Origin: Leptogorgia sarmentosa
Taxonomy: Eukaryota
Assembly: GCA_964658305.1 (NCBI GenBank)
Contig: OZ210885.1
Span: 11,718,001-11,782,000 of the forward strand
Length of the DNA stretch: 64,000 nucleotides
Direction of reading: 5' to 3'
Below, in pieces: positions 50,691 to 61,996 of the stretch. The number at the start of each line of letters is the position of its first letter. Within the stretch, counting starts at the first letter, position 1. The notes beneath the pieces were generated by a model. The model had not been told where the DNA came from. It worked only from the letters and a program-made list of their open reading frames with translations, and did no database searches. The translations under genes and the position numbers were made by a program.

Positions 50691-50908
50691 GTTGGCATTA
50701 ATATTGGCTTGCACTTCGAACTGAATAAATCTTCAATCTGCCCGTAAACTCGAACAAAATATTTTAGTATTTAACAGAAGGACTAATCGTATCGTATTCA
50801 AGTATTGGGGGATATATTTAACACGAATGGTAGTATATGCACCTTAACCCTTTGGGTTGCATTCTTTCCCATGAATTTGAAAGCTTTCCAGTTTACAGGT
50901 ATGATAAG

Positions 50909-50980
50909 AAGGAGCGGGCGGGTTTGAACCACCGACCTCTCGATCTGCAGTCGAATGCTGTACCACTGAGCTACACTCCC
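50909..50980 (-). tRNA. tRNA-Cys(GCA)
   Basis: GGGAGTGTAGCTCAGTGGTACAGCATTCGACTGCAGATCGAGAGGTCGGTGGTTCAAACCCGCCCGCTCCTT. One D-stem mismatch. Confidence 0.82.
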
Positions 50981-51192
50981 TGTTGTAGACGACTAGACTA
51001 ATTACGTACATATGATTTCAAACGCAGCTATAATCAATTCACGGACCTCTTTTTTTCAATTTTACATTCAAATACAAAGTCATCTCGAATCTATCACTTT
51101 AAACACTCATCGCCACCACCACCGAGAACAGAATCTCTTCTCATCAAGTTTTTTCCCCAAAAAATGATGTTTACATTCGAGGCTTTGCAAAG

Positions 51193-51274
51193 CGTAGTCG
51201 GCAGGATTTGAACCTGCGCGGGAAACTCCCAACAGATTTCTAGTCTGTCGCCTTAAGCGCTCGGCCACGACTAC
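51193..51274 (-). tRNA. tRNA-Ser(AGA)
   Basis: 82 nt, anticodon loop CT-AGA-AA, long variable arm, D-loop GC variant. Confidence 0.85.
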
Positions 51275-51516
51275 GTTGCTACAACCAACAGGTTTCGCGT
51301 TGTTCAACTAAACATTGACATCTACAACTGACCTACATTCTCAGCTCTATACTGTGAATAATATCAAGTAGACTAGTGAGAGGAGGTGACCGCGTGGGGC
51401 CTGGGCCCAAGGTAGCTTGCGAATAAAATGGCTTCTTTGGGTGATTATTTCTTAATAATATACATAAAAGCATTACTCGACTGTGATTGGATTACGTCAG
51501 TGCATTTAATCCCAAA

Positions 51517-51795
51517 TCACAGTGCAATGTTCTGTAATCACAAGTGCAATCTTGTGTAATCACAGTGCATTTCTCTCTTGTCACAGTGCAATCTTGTGTA
51601 ATCACAGTGCAATCTTGTGTAATCACAGTGCATTTCTCTCTTGACACAGTGCAATGTTCTGTAATCACAGTGCAATCTTGTGTAATCACAGTGCATTTCT
51701 CTCTTGACACAGTGCAATTTTCTGTAATCGCAGTGCAATCTTGTGTAATCACAGTGCATTTCTCTCTTGACACAGTGCAATTTTCTGTAATGACA
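51517..51795. repeat. 21-bp minisatellite with 63-bp higher-order period
   Basis: About 13 units: tcacagtgcaatgttctgtaa / tcacagtgcaatcttgtgtaa / tcacagtgcatttctctcttg. Confidence 0.95.
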
Positions 51796-51942
51796 ATGGA
51801 ATTTTATGTTGTCACTTTGAACAAATCAAATTAGAGCTAAAGCCACAGATTGCTTCAAAACAAAACAAACATCCCAGCAGCGTCTAACAAAGCAAAAATT
51901 GTCTTCGGGTCGAAAATATAGCTTTTATCTTTTTCTTTAAAA

Positions 51943-52014
51943 AAGGAGCGGGCGGATTTGAACCACCGACCTCTCGATGTGCAGTCGAATGCTCTACCAC
52001 TGAGCTACACTCCC
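51943..52014 (-). tRNA. tRNA-Cys(GCA), C at position 37
   Basis: Paralogue of 50909-50980, followed by a T-run (Pol III terminator) on the minus strand. Confidence 0.82.
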
Positions 52015-52296
52015 TGTGTACTCTCCTGGCTAATTACGTACATATACTTTCAAACGCAACTATAATCAATTCACGGACCTCTTTTCTTCAATTTTACATT
52101 CCAATACAAAATCTTTCTTGGCATGTTTCATAAACTTGATACAATTATAAAAAACGCGACTTCATTCCGTTGATTTTGTTGATGGAATTTAAACATTCAA
52201 CAACCATCACCGAGAACAGAATTTCCTGTCATCGAGTTTTTTTCCCCCAAAAAATCGTGTTTATATTCGAGACGAAAATATTGAAAATTTGCATAA

Positions 52297-52378
52297 CGGA
52301 GTCGGCAGGATTTGAACCTGCGCGGGAAACTCTCAACAGATTTCGAGTCTGTCGCCTTAACCGCTCGGCCACGACTAC
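52297..52378 (-). tRNA. tRNA-Ser(CGA)
   Basis: Anticodon loop CT-CGA-AA. One acceptor-stem and one variable-arm mismatch. Confidence 0.8.
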
Positions 52379-52563
52379 GTTGCAACAACCAAGAGGTTTC
52401 GCATTACTCAACTTAACGTTGACGTCTCAGGCGCGGATCTAGACCGTGACAAAAGTAGCTCGAGCATCGGTCAGATTCTAATAATTCTATGTTAATTATT
52501 TGACAGCAGCAAAAAGAGGTCTATGGCAAGCAATTCAAATCAAATATTTCCTAGTTATTCTTA

Positions 52564-52816
52564 AGGCCTGATTCCACGACGGCGAAATATTTCGCGAAAA
52601 ATTGTGTTTGGGAAATGCGGATGGTTGCACATGAACGATTCTATTGAATTCTCCCACATTTTTCGCTTTCGCAGTGAGTAGAACTGACTTCTACTCACTG
52701 GCGAAGCGAAATTTTTTCTCGAGAAATCTTACTTGCCTTTATGACGCATGCGTACAATTATTTCGCGCGAAAATTCTCGAATTTCGCCAAGAAATATCGC
52801 CCGTGGAATCAGGCCT
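52564..52816. mobile_element. PIF/Harbinger-like MITE
   Basis: TIR aggcctgattccacg / cgtggaatcaggcct. Confidence 0.7.
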
Positions 52817-53063
52817 ATGGATTCGTGTTTACAAGAAGGACAAACGTCCAGAATATTTCCTTCTTCAATAGTACAATCATTAATATGTATACGTTGAATT
52901 GTATGCTTTATACGCTGGCAAGGTTATGAAAAGATCGGGTGCTTAGAAATCATGGAATGAGCAAACCTAGACTAAAATTTATCAGGGGAAATATTGATGT
53001 TGATACAAAATAGAAAGACTGCGCCGTACGGAGTGATATTTGAAAGCTACGTAGAGGTGCGAT

Positions 53064-53145
53064 CGTAGTCGGCAGGATTTGAACCTGCGCGGGAATTTCC
53101 CAACAGATTTCAAATCTGTCGCCTTAACCACTCGGCCACGACTAC
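53064..53145 (-). tRNA. tRNA-Ser(TGA)
   Basis: GTAGTCGTGGCCGAGTGGTTAAGGCGACAGATTTGAAATCTGTTGGGAAATTCCCGCGCAGGTTCAAATCCTGCCGACTACG. Confidence 0.9.
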
Positions 53146-53217
53146 GTTGACATTGCCTTGTATTTCGAAATGAATAAATCAAGAATTTTGAAGATTTCCA
53201 GTTTATTGGTGTAACAA

Positions 53218-53268
53218 CACCGACCTCTCGATCTGCAGTCGAATGCTCCACCACTGAGCCACACTCCC
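53218..53268 (-). pseudogene. tRNA-Cys(GCA), 3'-truncated
   Basis: 5' ~50 nt match the other Cys copies. T arm and 3' acceptor strand missing. Confidence 0.8.
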
Positions 53269-53978
53269 TGTGTAGTCGACTTTGTATTTGGGAAATTTTC
53301 GACTGTAGTTAAAGTCCATTTATTTTTACGAAATAAACCAAACCCAAACGGTAAACCTGACCCTAACCTTATAACAGTCTAACCCTAAACACTATGAAGC
53401 GAGGAAAAATGTCTTCATTTAAAAAACTTTTTTAAAAAAATAAACAATTCTTCCGGCTAAGAGAAATTCTAGCCCCACCGCGCTTCGGTTTGTTATGTGC
53501 TGCGCTCCTTACCGAAAGCCCTAGCAGGCAGCTTGCCGTAAGCGTGTACCCTAAGCAAACAGCTCTATATTAGGCTGCGACTTTGTCACTGCCGGTCACA
53601 TCTAAATGATGATACCGACCATCAAGGATGCTACCGACTGTCTACGGAAAAAAAATTACGTAGTCGACCTAGGTTAATTACCTACATATACCTTCAAGGA
53701 AAGTATCAATTTTTTCATTGCCTCTGTTTAGTCAATTTTGCATTTAAATACAAACTCATTCACGGCATGTGTCATCACGTGACTTCTTTCCGTCGAGAAC
53801 AGAATCTCCTCTCATCGAGTTGCAACGGCTGAGATATTACATTAATCCCATATTTCTCTTCGTCAGTACAAAGTACATTAGAAAACATTTTGACACCATC
53901 AATGGCTTGCTGGCCTGGTGGTATGATTCTCGCGGTTACATTTACAGTCACGACGTCTCAATAACATCACACCGAACA

Positions 53979-54021
53979 CGTCCCTGGTTGGATTCGAACC
54001 AACAGCCTTTCGGTTAACAGC

Positions 54022-54054
<33 letters not shown>

Positions 54055-54063
54055 TACAGAGAC
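53979..54063 (-). pseudogene. tRNA-Asn with an 11-bp tandem duplication of the anticodon loop
   Basis: cggttaacagc repeated twice. Confidence 0.85.
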
Positions 54064-54211
54064 CGACTCCATTGAAAACCTTCCGAAAAGAAATGTAAAA
54101 ATAATGGATATTACTATTTAATAACATACACACGTGAGTTTTCAACGTACTTCGAACTCTAGTTAGAAGTTGAAAACTTTGCTTTAAAAAAGATTCTTAG
54201 ACAACTTCCTT

Positions 54212-56791
54212 TTATAACTTTTCTCTTTTTTCATGTATGTGCAAGAACTTTTGGCACTGTGGAGCACTACAGTATGTACTTACTCTTAATGCACCCCTCC
54301 CCTCCCTGTAACATACAACACAATTACGTCGAGAGTCCGACACCTCCGGCATGTGAATCGTGTGATACTGGCTCGGGCCAGGAGCACATGCTTCAAATGC
54401 TGGGGGGTCGTCAAATTCTTCTAATTGAAGAATTTGCCTAACTAAGGCCTCTCTGAAATCTAAAATAGCATATCTATTACTACGGCTTAAGGCCTCTACG
54501 TCGGGGTTCTCAGCCCTGTAACGCTGAAAGAGAATAAAACTATTAACGACAGCTATGTCTATAAGGTGAAAGAACAAAGTCTTCCACCATCTTCTACATT
54601 TCTTACTTACATTATGGCATGCAAGCATTTGGTCGGACCTATCAACCCCATTCATGTACTGGTTGTACTCGTGGATTGCAAAGGGTTGGGGAAGGGTAAG
54701 CTCAGTGAATACTCCACGCTTTTTCGTATTTCGTTGGCAACTTACCTGTTCATTCGCAGAATATAGCGTTGTTAGCAAGGAGACAGGTTTACTGTCAATC
54801 CATTGCATCGCTAAAACTGGCGAATGCCTAATCCAGCGGAAGTCACCTCGCTTACCTTTTCTTGCCCAAGCCTTTGCATCCAAAAAGCATTTGGGGAAAC
54901 CCTTCCTGCTAAGTTTTACAGTGCCAGTGGAGGGGGTAGCATGCAAAAAAAGATCCTTGAGTAACTTAGTGGATGTATAAAAGTTATCGAGATATAAATG
55001 ATAGCCCTGACCTAAATAAGGCTGCATCAACTTCATCACCACGTCGTAGCCAAGGCCATTCTCCGAAGTCTCCGATGCAGCGTCCTTACCTATATAAACA
55101 TTAAAATCAACGGTGTAACCATTGCTACTGTCAGCTAAAACCCAAACTTTCAACCCCCACTTTACAGGCTTGTCTTTCATGAATTGCTTTATACCCGACC
55201 GGTGCTTGGACTTTACCATACGTTCATCCACAGCCAATTTCTGTGAAGGCTGATAGAGAACTTTGCACCTTTCTTTGAATGATGCAAGGAACTCATCAAC
55301 CTTGCGCAACTTATGACCAGGAGTCTCGCTGGCAGGGTCAACCACATGCAAGAATGCGGAAAGGGCCTTGTAGCGATCCCGAGAAAGTATCTTCCTTGCC
55401 CAAAGACCATGAAATAGTGACTTTGTGCTCCAATACCTTGCTACATCACCAGATACAGGTACCACCCCAAAGTAGAGTAAAAGGGCAATATACTTATTCA
55501 TTTCTGCGGCATTAGTTTCATTCCAGGACCCATCCTTAGCTACATAACCCTTATGGTAGCCTCGACTTCCCACCTTCAGATGAGCATAGGTATTAGTGTG
55601 TGTAACTATGGCACTTAACATCTGAGGTGTAAAGAAGAGGTGGAAGAACTCGGACTCTGTCGTCATGGTTCCCCTCAAGGTGGGTCCCTCAAAGTGAACG
55701 CCAGGTGGACGGGTTGGTGCGAAGGGAGGCAAAACATTGACAACATCCACAGTGTCAAAACCAACATTTGGTTTTTCCTCCTGGGATGCAGCACTATAAG
55801 TATTGCCATCACCTTCTGCACTGTTCCGTCCCACACTGGCCCTCCCCCGTCTGGCCACCCCCTCCCCCGACTGGCCCTCCCCCTCCCCCGACTGGCCCTC
55901 CCCCTCCCCCGACTGGCCCTCCCTCTCACTTGGCGGGTTCTGCCCCTCCCTCTATCAGAAGCCCGAGGAGACCCCTCCCGAGTCCTTTTCCTATTAGGGA
56001 ATTGGCCCCCCTCATTCCCTCCCAAGTCACCATCATCTTCGTCAGCATCTCCCGGCAGCAAATCTTCTTCACTATGTTGATAAACAAAAATATTGTCAAA
56101 ACAACACCAAAAGGCTATGCTGGACATTCAAGCTGCAACATACTCATCAGCATCAGGATCCTCAGCCAATGCTTCAGCCCGAGCATCTCCAGGGAGCCAT
56201 TCTTCATCACTATTTCACAAAAATATTGTCAAAACAACACAGAAAATGCCTATCTCGGGCATAAAGCTACCACTTACTCATCACCAACAGGATCATCAGG
56301 CTGGCGTTCTTCCTCACTATATTGATAAAAAAAATAAGGTCAAAACAAGCAAGCAAAAGATTAGTTCGGCATGCGGTTGGAAACTGCAACAATACCAGCC
56401 ACATGGCATCGATTGTCACTAGGAACATGATCATTAGTTTGAATTATTTTGCTGCTTTAGTGGCTCAAAATATTACGCAAATCATGTATGAAATACTCAA
56501 CCACTGATACTATTTGTATATTTACTGTTTGAAGGGTATACTTTATCAACAAAAAGACATTTTTTATACAAGGCAGAGGAGAGCAAATGCGTCACATGCA
56601 AATTTATACGACTGCGGTATGCAAATATGACTTCAAATTACATAGAAAAACAAAGATACTTACCTCGAACTCCCAACAAGTTCAAAGTTTAGAGCACCCT
56701 CTTCTTGATCTGGCATTCCTTCGGAACCGCTTTCGCTCCAAGTATCAATAAGATTCAAAATTTCGTCGCGAGTGTATGTTGAAGAGGCCAT
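54212..56791 (-). pseudogene. piggyBac (PGBD4-like) transposase, exons 56664-56791, 56278-56316, 56144-56209, 54212-56071
   Basis: DDD triad intact (AVDERM, YLDNFYTS, GVDRSDQ). RWWKTLFFHLID. Cys-rich tail cut short. Three phase-2 GT-AG introns. -1 frame change near 55859. Confidence 0.88.
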
Positions 56792-57421
56792 TGCGTGAAG
56801 TGTCCGAAGGAACGAGGAAGAACCTTTGCGTGCGCGCGCCATATATATTGCGAAAAATGCCATAAAAGGAAAGCGTTTCGGGCTAAACCAATGAAAATTC
56901 GTCACCAAGGTAACGAAATAACAAGGTATCGATTCCCGGTATTTGTAAACCGATCGGATACAAATATCCCGAGATTTTACCTTCTGAAATTACACGAGCG
57001 TGCGCCGACCTCGCAACGAGGACGCATGTTTACGAAAATTGCCATAAAAGGGGCAGATTAGTCCGTACGTTGACGAAATTTGAGCTGTTAGTAAATATTG
57101 AAAAGCGTCGTCGAATGGAGGTATTCCCGAGTTTATTGCTTAAAACCAAAAGGAGTTTTGAGGCAGGAAAGTCAAATGAATATTTAATTAGTTGATACAT
57201 TTTCAATTTGTAAACAAAACAATTTTTGAAGTATTTATAACAAAATAAATCGGCCGCATAGCATTGCAAACAAACAAATTTACTTTGGCTAAAAAGATTA
57301 CAATGTACAGAATCGAATGGTGGTATTTGTTTTCTTATTCGGCAAATAGAACCGGAGATATGACCAAGCAAAGTCATAAGACCTCATGGTCTTAAATTAA
57401 TATGGGTACGTTGGTAAGGAG
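54233..57421 (-). mobile_element. piggyBac element, 5' end intact, 3' end deleted
   Basis: TTAA at 57422-57425 followed on the minus strand by CTCCTTACC. No matching TIR at the other end, where the ORF runs into tRNA-cluster spacer. Confidence 0.75.
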
Positions 57422-57533
57422 TTAAATACAGAAAACACCAAAAGAATGGGTAAGAGGGATAGAGCTAGTATAATGGCAATGGTTTTGCTAATTTCTCGAA
57501 TTGCATATTTTTTTCTCTCTCTCGCAAGTATTA

Positions 57534-57613
57534 TTCCCATGCCGGGAATCGAACTCGGGCGTTGGCGGTGAGAGTGCCAGATCCTGAGATCCTGACCACT
57601 GGACTACATGGGA
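57534..57613 (-). pseudogene. tRNA-Glu(CTC) with an 8-bp duplication
   Basis: TCCCATGTAGTCCAGTGGTCAGGATCTCAGGATCTGGCACTCTCACCGCC..GTTCGATTCCCGGCATGGGAA. Confidence 0.8.
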
Positions 57614-57709
57614 GAAACAATTATCTTTTCTCGGAATGTGAAAATAACGATAATATTTTTAATTTGAATTTGGAAGAAAATTTCGAGAGACAGCGTGGCC
57701 AGAAGTGCT

Positions 57710-57782
57710 TGACCTTGAAGTGAATTGAACACTTGACCTTCTGATCTGGAGTCAGACGCGCTACCAATTGCGCCACAAGGTC
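57710..57782 (-). tRNA. tRNA-Trp(CCA)
   Basis: GACCTTGTGGCGCAATTGGTAGCGCGTCTGACTCCAGATCAGAAGGTCAAGTGTTCAATTCACTTCAAGGTCA. All stems pair. Confidence 0.92.
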
Positions 57783-57868
57783 GTTGCGCTGTTAAAATGG
57801 TTTGGGTTCAGAGAACGAGTTTGAGAATGTGAACACAAGCTGCTTCAAATTGAAATTTTCAGAAAAAG

Positions 57869-57940
57869 TTCCCACCCAGAAAATCGAACCCGGGCCATGG
57901 CGGTGAAAACGCCAGATCCTAACCACCAGACAACATGGGA
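57869..57940 (-). pseudogene. Degenerate tRNA-Glu(TTC)
   Basis: TCCCATGTTGTCTGGTGGTTAGGATCTGGCGTTTTCACCGCCATGGCCCGGGTTCGATT.., weakened T and acceptor stems. Confidence 0.75.
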
Positions 57941-58065
57941 GTGATAACTTGTTCACTATTCCTGAGTTACAAACCCAGTTTGTTTCTCGTGTTGCATTTG
58001 TGGGTTAAATTATGAACCAATAGTGCATCGTTAAGAAACGAATACAGTCATGAACAACGAATAAA

Positions 58066-58147
58066 TGGCAGCGGTGGGATTCCAACCCACGTCATCGAAA
58101 TGACTGGTGCCTAAAACCAGCGCCTTAGACCACTCGGCCACGCTACC
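58066..58147 (-). tRNA. tRNA-Leu(TAG), B-box C56 changed to G
   Basis: GGTAGCGTGGCCGAGTGGTCTAAGGCGCTGGTTTTAGGCACCAGT..GTGGGTTGGAATCCCACCGCTGCCA. Confidence 0.82.
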
Positions 58148-59742
58148 TGTGACGTGCAGACAATATAATTTTTTTTAGTAAACATCCACATCGTTTTAAG
58201 AGATTCCTTTCGCTATCAACGAAACGTAGAAACGTGAAACAATGGGGAAATATTGTCGTGCTAAGGTTCTGTGGTGTAATGGCTGCAGGTTCTCTTAGCT
58301 GGTAAATAACATAAAATATATATCCCTACCTATATATTTATATCCCTACCTTGAAATTACAAATATTTGAAGATACTTTTGCCTGTTGTATTTACCTTAT
58401 TTTAGTAGTGATTCCAGTTATTCATTACAGGTGAACCAAACACAAATTCGTTTTCATTAATTTTGTCGCTGAAATCGCCGTAGATGCCATCCCAGGGCTT
58501 TGCATCCTGCACAAGCACAAGCAGCTTAAAACACTACATAGGCATGTCAGCAAGCAAATTTAAAGAATGATATGGAAACCACATTAAGTCTTTTAACCAC
58601 AAAAGTTACTCAAATGAAACAAAACTTTTGAAATATATTTGGGGACTAAAAGATAATAAGATAGATTTCGACATTAATTAATACGTGGTCAATAATTGAA
58701 CAGTGTATTTCGTATACGGGATATATATTTCATCACTTCTAAAAACCTGGGAAGATTTTTTTGATGATGCGAAGATAGACTAATTCAGTAATGTAATATT
58801 GGCCAGTCTTTGAAAAGCTTCGGAAATATATCTTTCACGTGATATAATGATACGAAGTCGGACTATAATTACGTATCGTAATATACATTGTAGGTAAAAC
58901 AGTATTATGTCAATGGACATAAAAACAAAACGCAAATGTGTCGATAGATAATCAGCAAGTAGCAAGGGCCGAAGTTCCTGTATCTTTGAGCTGTCAAACT
59001 TGGCACCATATTTATCTATAACTAAGCCAAAGATAATGCAAAGCGACAGGGATTATAAACACGAGATGTAAAATGAAATAAAGTTGGACCTAAGCTTTCG
59101 GGACACTGTATGGACTGATCACTGCATACATACATACAAACTGCTAGTAAATACACATTGTCTGAATGAACATCCCAAACATTTCTGAAACGAACATGCC
59201 ACCTTTGCGTCTCCCTTTTGACACAACCAACCGAAGCGCAGTCCGAGACTCCTTCTGATCTCTATGTGTGTCTGCTGTCGACCATTTCCGCACTCACGCA
59301 CCGGTCGTGAAAGACTGCTACCCGGCAACTAGGTGAGCGAGCGCATTATAAAAGCGGGGAAGAGAAAGTTCGCCGGCAATGTCGTCTCCCTGGAGATAAA
59401 ACAACCACGTTGGTTTCAACCAGTGATGTTTGTTCAGAGCCCGCGCGATAAATTCTTCGCATTAAGATTATCACTAAAAAACGTTTTAAAAAATAATGAC
59501 AATAAGATTGTTATAAAACTGCTCTTTTGTTGTATCATCTGTGAAGCGATGTATAGTTTTAGTTGATTGAACCATACCATGAAAGAACAAAGCTAGTGGT
59601 AAAAACTTTGACGACGTGTAATCACGCATGCGCTATAAACTGAAAATTGAATATTACCTTCCGGGCGGCCAAGTCCCGTAATCTTAAGGTCGCTTTTCTC
59701 TGTTAAAATATGGCTCGGAATAGCAAGTAATTGCCTCCGGGC

Positions 59743-59960
59743 GAAGACTTGAAGACAATGGGACTCGAAGAATCGAAGACAATAATGAAAAAGAAAAAGA
59801 CTTGAAGAATCGAAGACAATAAGACTTGAAGAATCGAAGAGCTGAAGAAGAGCTGAAAAAGACTTGAAGAATCGAAGACAATAAGACTTGAAGAATCGAA
59901 GAGTTGAAGAATCGAAGATTTGAAGAATCGAAGAGTTGAAGAATCGAAGAGTTGAAGAAG
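59743..59960. repeat. GAAGA-based compound minisatellite (9/18/24-bp units)
   Basis: gacttgaagaatcgaagacaataa and gttgaagaatcgaaga repeats. Confidence 0.92.
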
Positions 59961-60577
59961 TGCTGTGAATTCCGTACGTGTTCGTCATTCGTTCGTGCAT
60001 CGTTTGGCCTTGATTTAGGAAGCAGTACTCTTCGTGTTCGTGCCTGTTTGCGGGGCCCTCTAGGGGGTAACGCTAAGGCGGTGGTCTTTATTTCCAACCT
60101 TGCTGCGTGCTTCTGTTGTCAGGTTGAGGTGCTTGACTGAAACCTGACGTCCCAGTTCCTCTTATCTTTTGTCCGTGTATTGAGAAATTAGATCCTCGTT
60201 TGCCACGCATAGTGTGGGCCATAGCGTACTCAGTTAATAAGTTGTTTCGAGACTGGGATCTCGTTTAAGGTTACATTAGGAGTAATACATAGTATTATTG
60301 TTGAGATGCACACAGTTTTTTCAGTATTAAAAATTATTAGTTTCTTTTCGAGACTGGGATCTCGTTTAAGCTTACATTAGGATAGTTACGCGGATACGAA
60401 CGTGAGGAAGGCTCTAATCCATCTTACTATAGCTGAGCGTACGTTCAATTTTTGCAACTCGGCGATTATAGACGTGTGTTATGATCGACTAAGTCGAATT
60501 TACTATAATACGGAAAGAATGCTCCGATTGACTAAGTCGAATTTACTATAATACGGAAAGAATGCTCCGATTCAAAC

Positions 60578-61446
60578 CATAGATATAGGAAGCCTAGATT
60601 GCTGACTGTAGAATAATTATATGCTGACGCATGTGGCAAACCTGAGCATCCAAGATGGCTGCTCAACCGGTCAAATTAATAGGAGCTAGTATAGGAAAAA
60701 CCATGTTTTTCGCATTTTACGACCGCATAAAGTATCCGATCACGTTCTAGCACCATTTTTTGGAAATAACTACCCATGCTGAAGGTTTTGGATGAAAATT
60801 GAGCAATTTGAATGGAATTAACCCCGAAATAATTGATCGTAAAGTGCGGCCAAAACAGTGAAATTGTTGTTTCAAGACGTTCGAGCCTATCAACCGGTAA
60901 ACTAACTTATTTTTCTTCAACTAATCGTTGCCAGAAAGAATATGTTTTGTAAACTTTGGCCTCTTGGATGAATTCCCTTCACGGACAACTCGGTCGCCGA
61001 AACGGCGACTAAATATACAGTGAGAATTGTGGACGACAAATCGCTTCCTGTTTCTCTACCAACACGCCGCTTTCTATTTCTTATCTTTCACAGAAGTCCT
61101 ATAGAATATTCCAACACCTCAAAGTTATCCAAAAGCTTCATTCTTGACCTGAAATGTTTCGAACGAAGTCAAGTGACTGTTTTGGCCGCACTTTACGATC
61201 GATTATTTCGGGGTTAATTCCATTCAAATTGCTCCATTTTCATCCAAAACCTTCAGCACGGGTAGTTATTTCCAAAAAGTGGTGCTAGAACGTGATCGGA
61301 AACGTTATGCGGTCGTAAAATGCGAAAAACATGGTTTTTCCCATACTAGCTCCTATTAATTTGACCGGTTGAGCAGCCATCTTGGATTTTCAAAAGTTGC
61401 CACACATTTTATACGGAGTCAGCAATCTAGGCTTCCTATATCTATG
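60578..61446. mobile_element. P-element-like foldback MITE
   Basis: 8-bp TSD attcaaac (60570-60577, 61447-61454). CATAG..CTATG termini, ~300-bp inverted arms. Confidence 0.85.
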
Positions 61447-61996
61447 ATTCAAACGTGTAAAAAATACTCAAAACTTCCAACTAAGGCGAATATATTGAAT
61501 TTTTCTCTTACCAGGGCAAGGCCCTCGTAGCTTTACAATTTACAAAATTTGAGATGTATAAGCTCCAGGAACATAATTCAAGCTTTGAAAATGAAATGCA
61601 GTTTTTATCTCCCGTTTACCTAGGACATACTGTAACATTACGCCACTCTCACAGCGCTTCATTTCAATCGAACGTTTTCCGCTTTACACGAATTGCAAAA
61701 TAAAAAGGATGGGGCTCATTAACAACTTGAAAACATGGTTGGATAATAACTGACGCTTTTGGGATCTTGGCTCAATTTCTCACAAAACCTGTGAGATCAA
61801 GCAGTTGAAATTTGAATTCAGTCACAATTCAGTTATAAAGCTGCGTTTAAAACACCAAAACCAGCATCTGTAATGCATGAGTTGCCTGGCCTCGAAACAT
61901 CGAGACCAATCGGACTAATTTCCACAGAATTTATTTCATATCAATACTAAACTTCCTTTCTCGTGTCATCCACAGTTAAATGTTCCAATTCCTTTC

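Noticed and set aside
51492..51834. Cys/His-rich repetitive ORFs, or a CRISPR-like array
   Set aside because: These are translations of a 21-bp minisatellite. There are no unique spacers or cas genes, and the context is eukaryotic.
53340..53392. Telomeric repeats (also ~29600, ~44600)
   Set aside because: Only a few degenerate aaccct units inside dispersed repeats, not a telomere array.
55768..56325. Proline-rich formin/extensin-like ORF
   Set aside because: Antisense reading of the G-rich piggyBac repeat.
58265..58284. Possible tRNA-Gln 5' fragment (ggttctgtggtgtaatgg)
   Set aside because: Only ~20 nt, and the rest of the cloverleaf is not found.
59593..60097. Ser/Phe/Leu-rich ORFs
   Set aside because: Translation of the GAAGA minisatellite.
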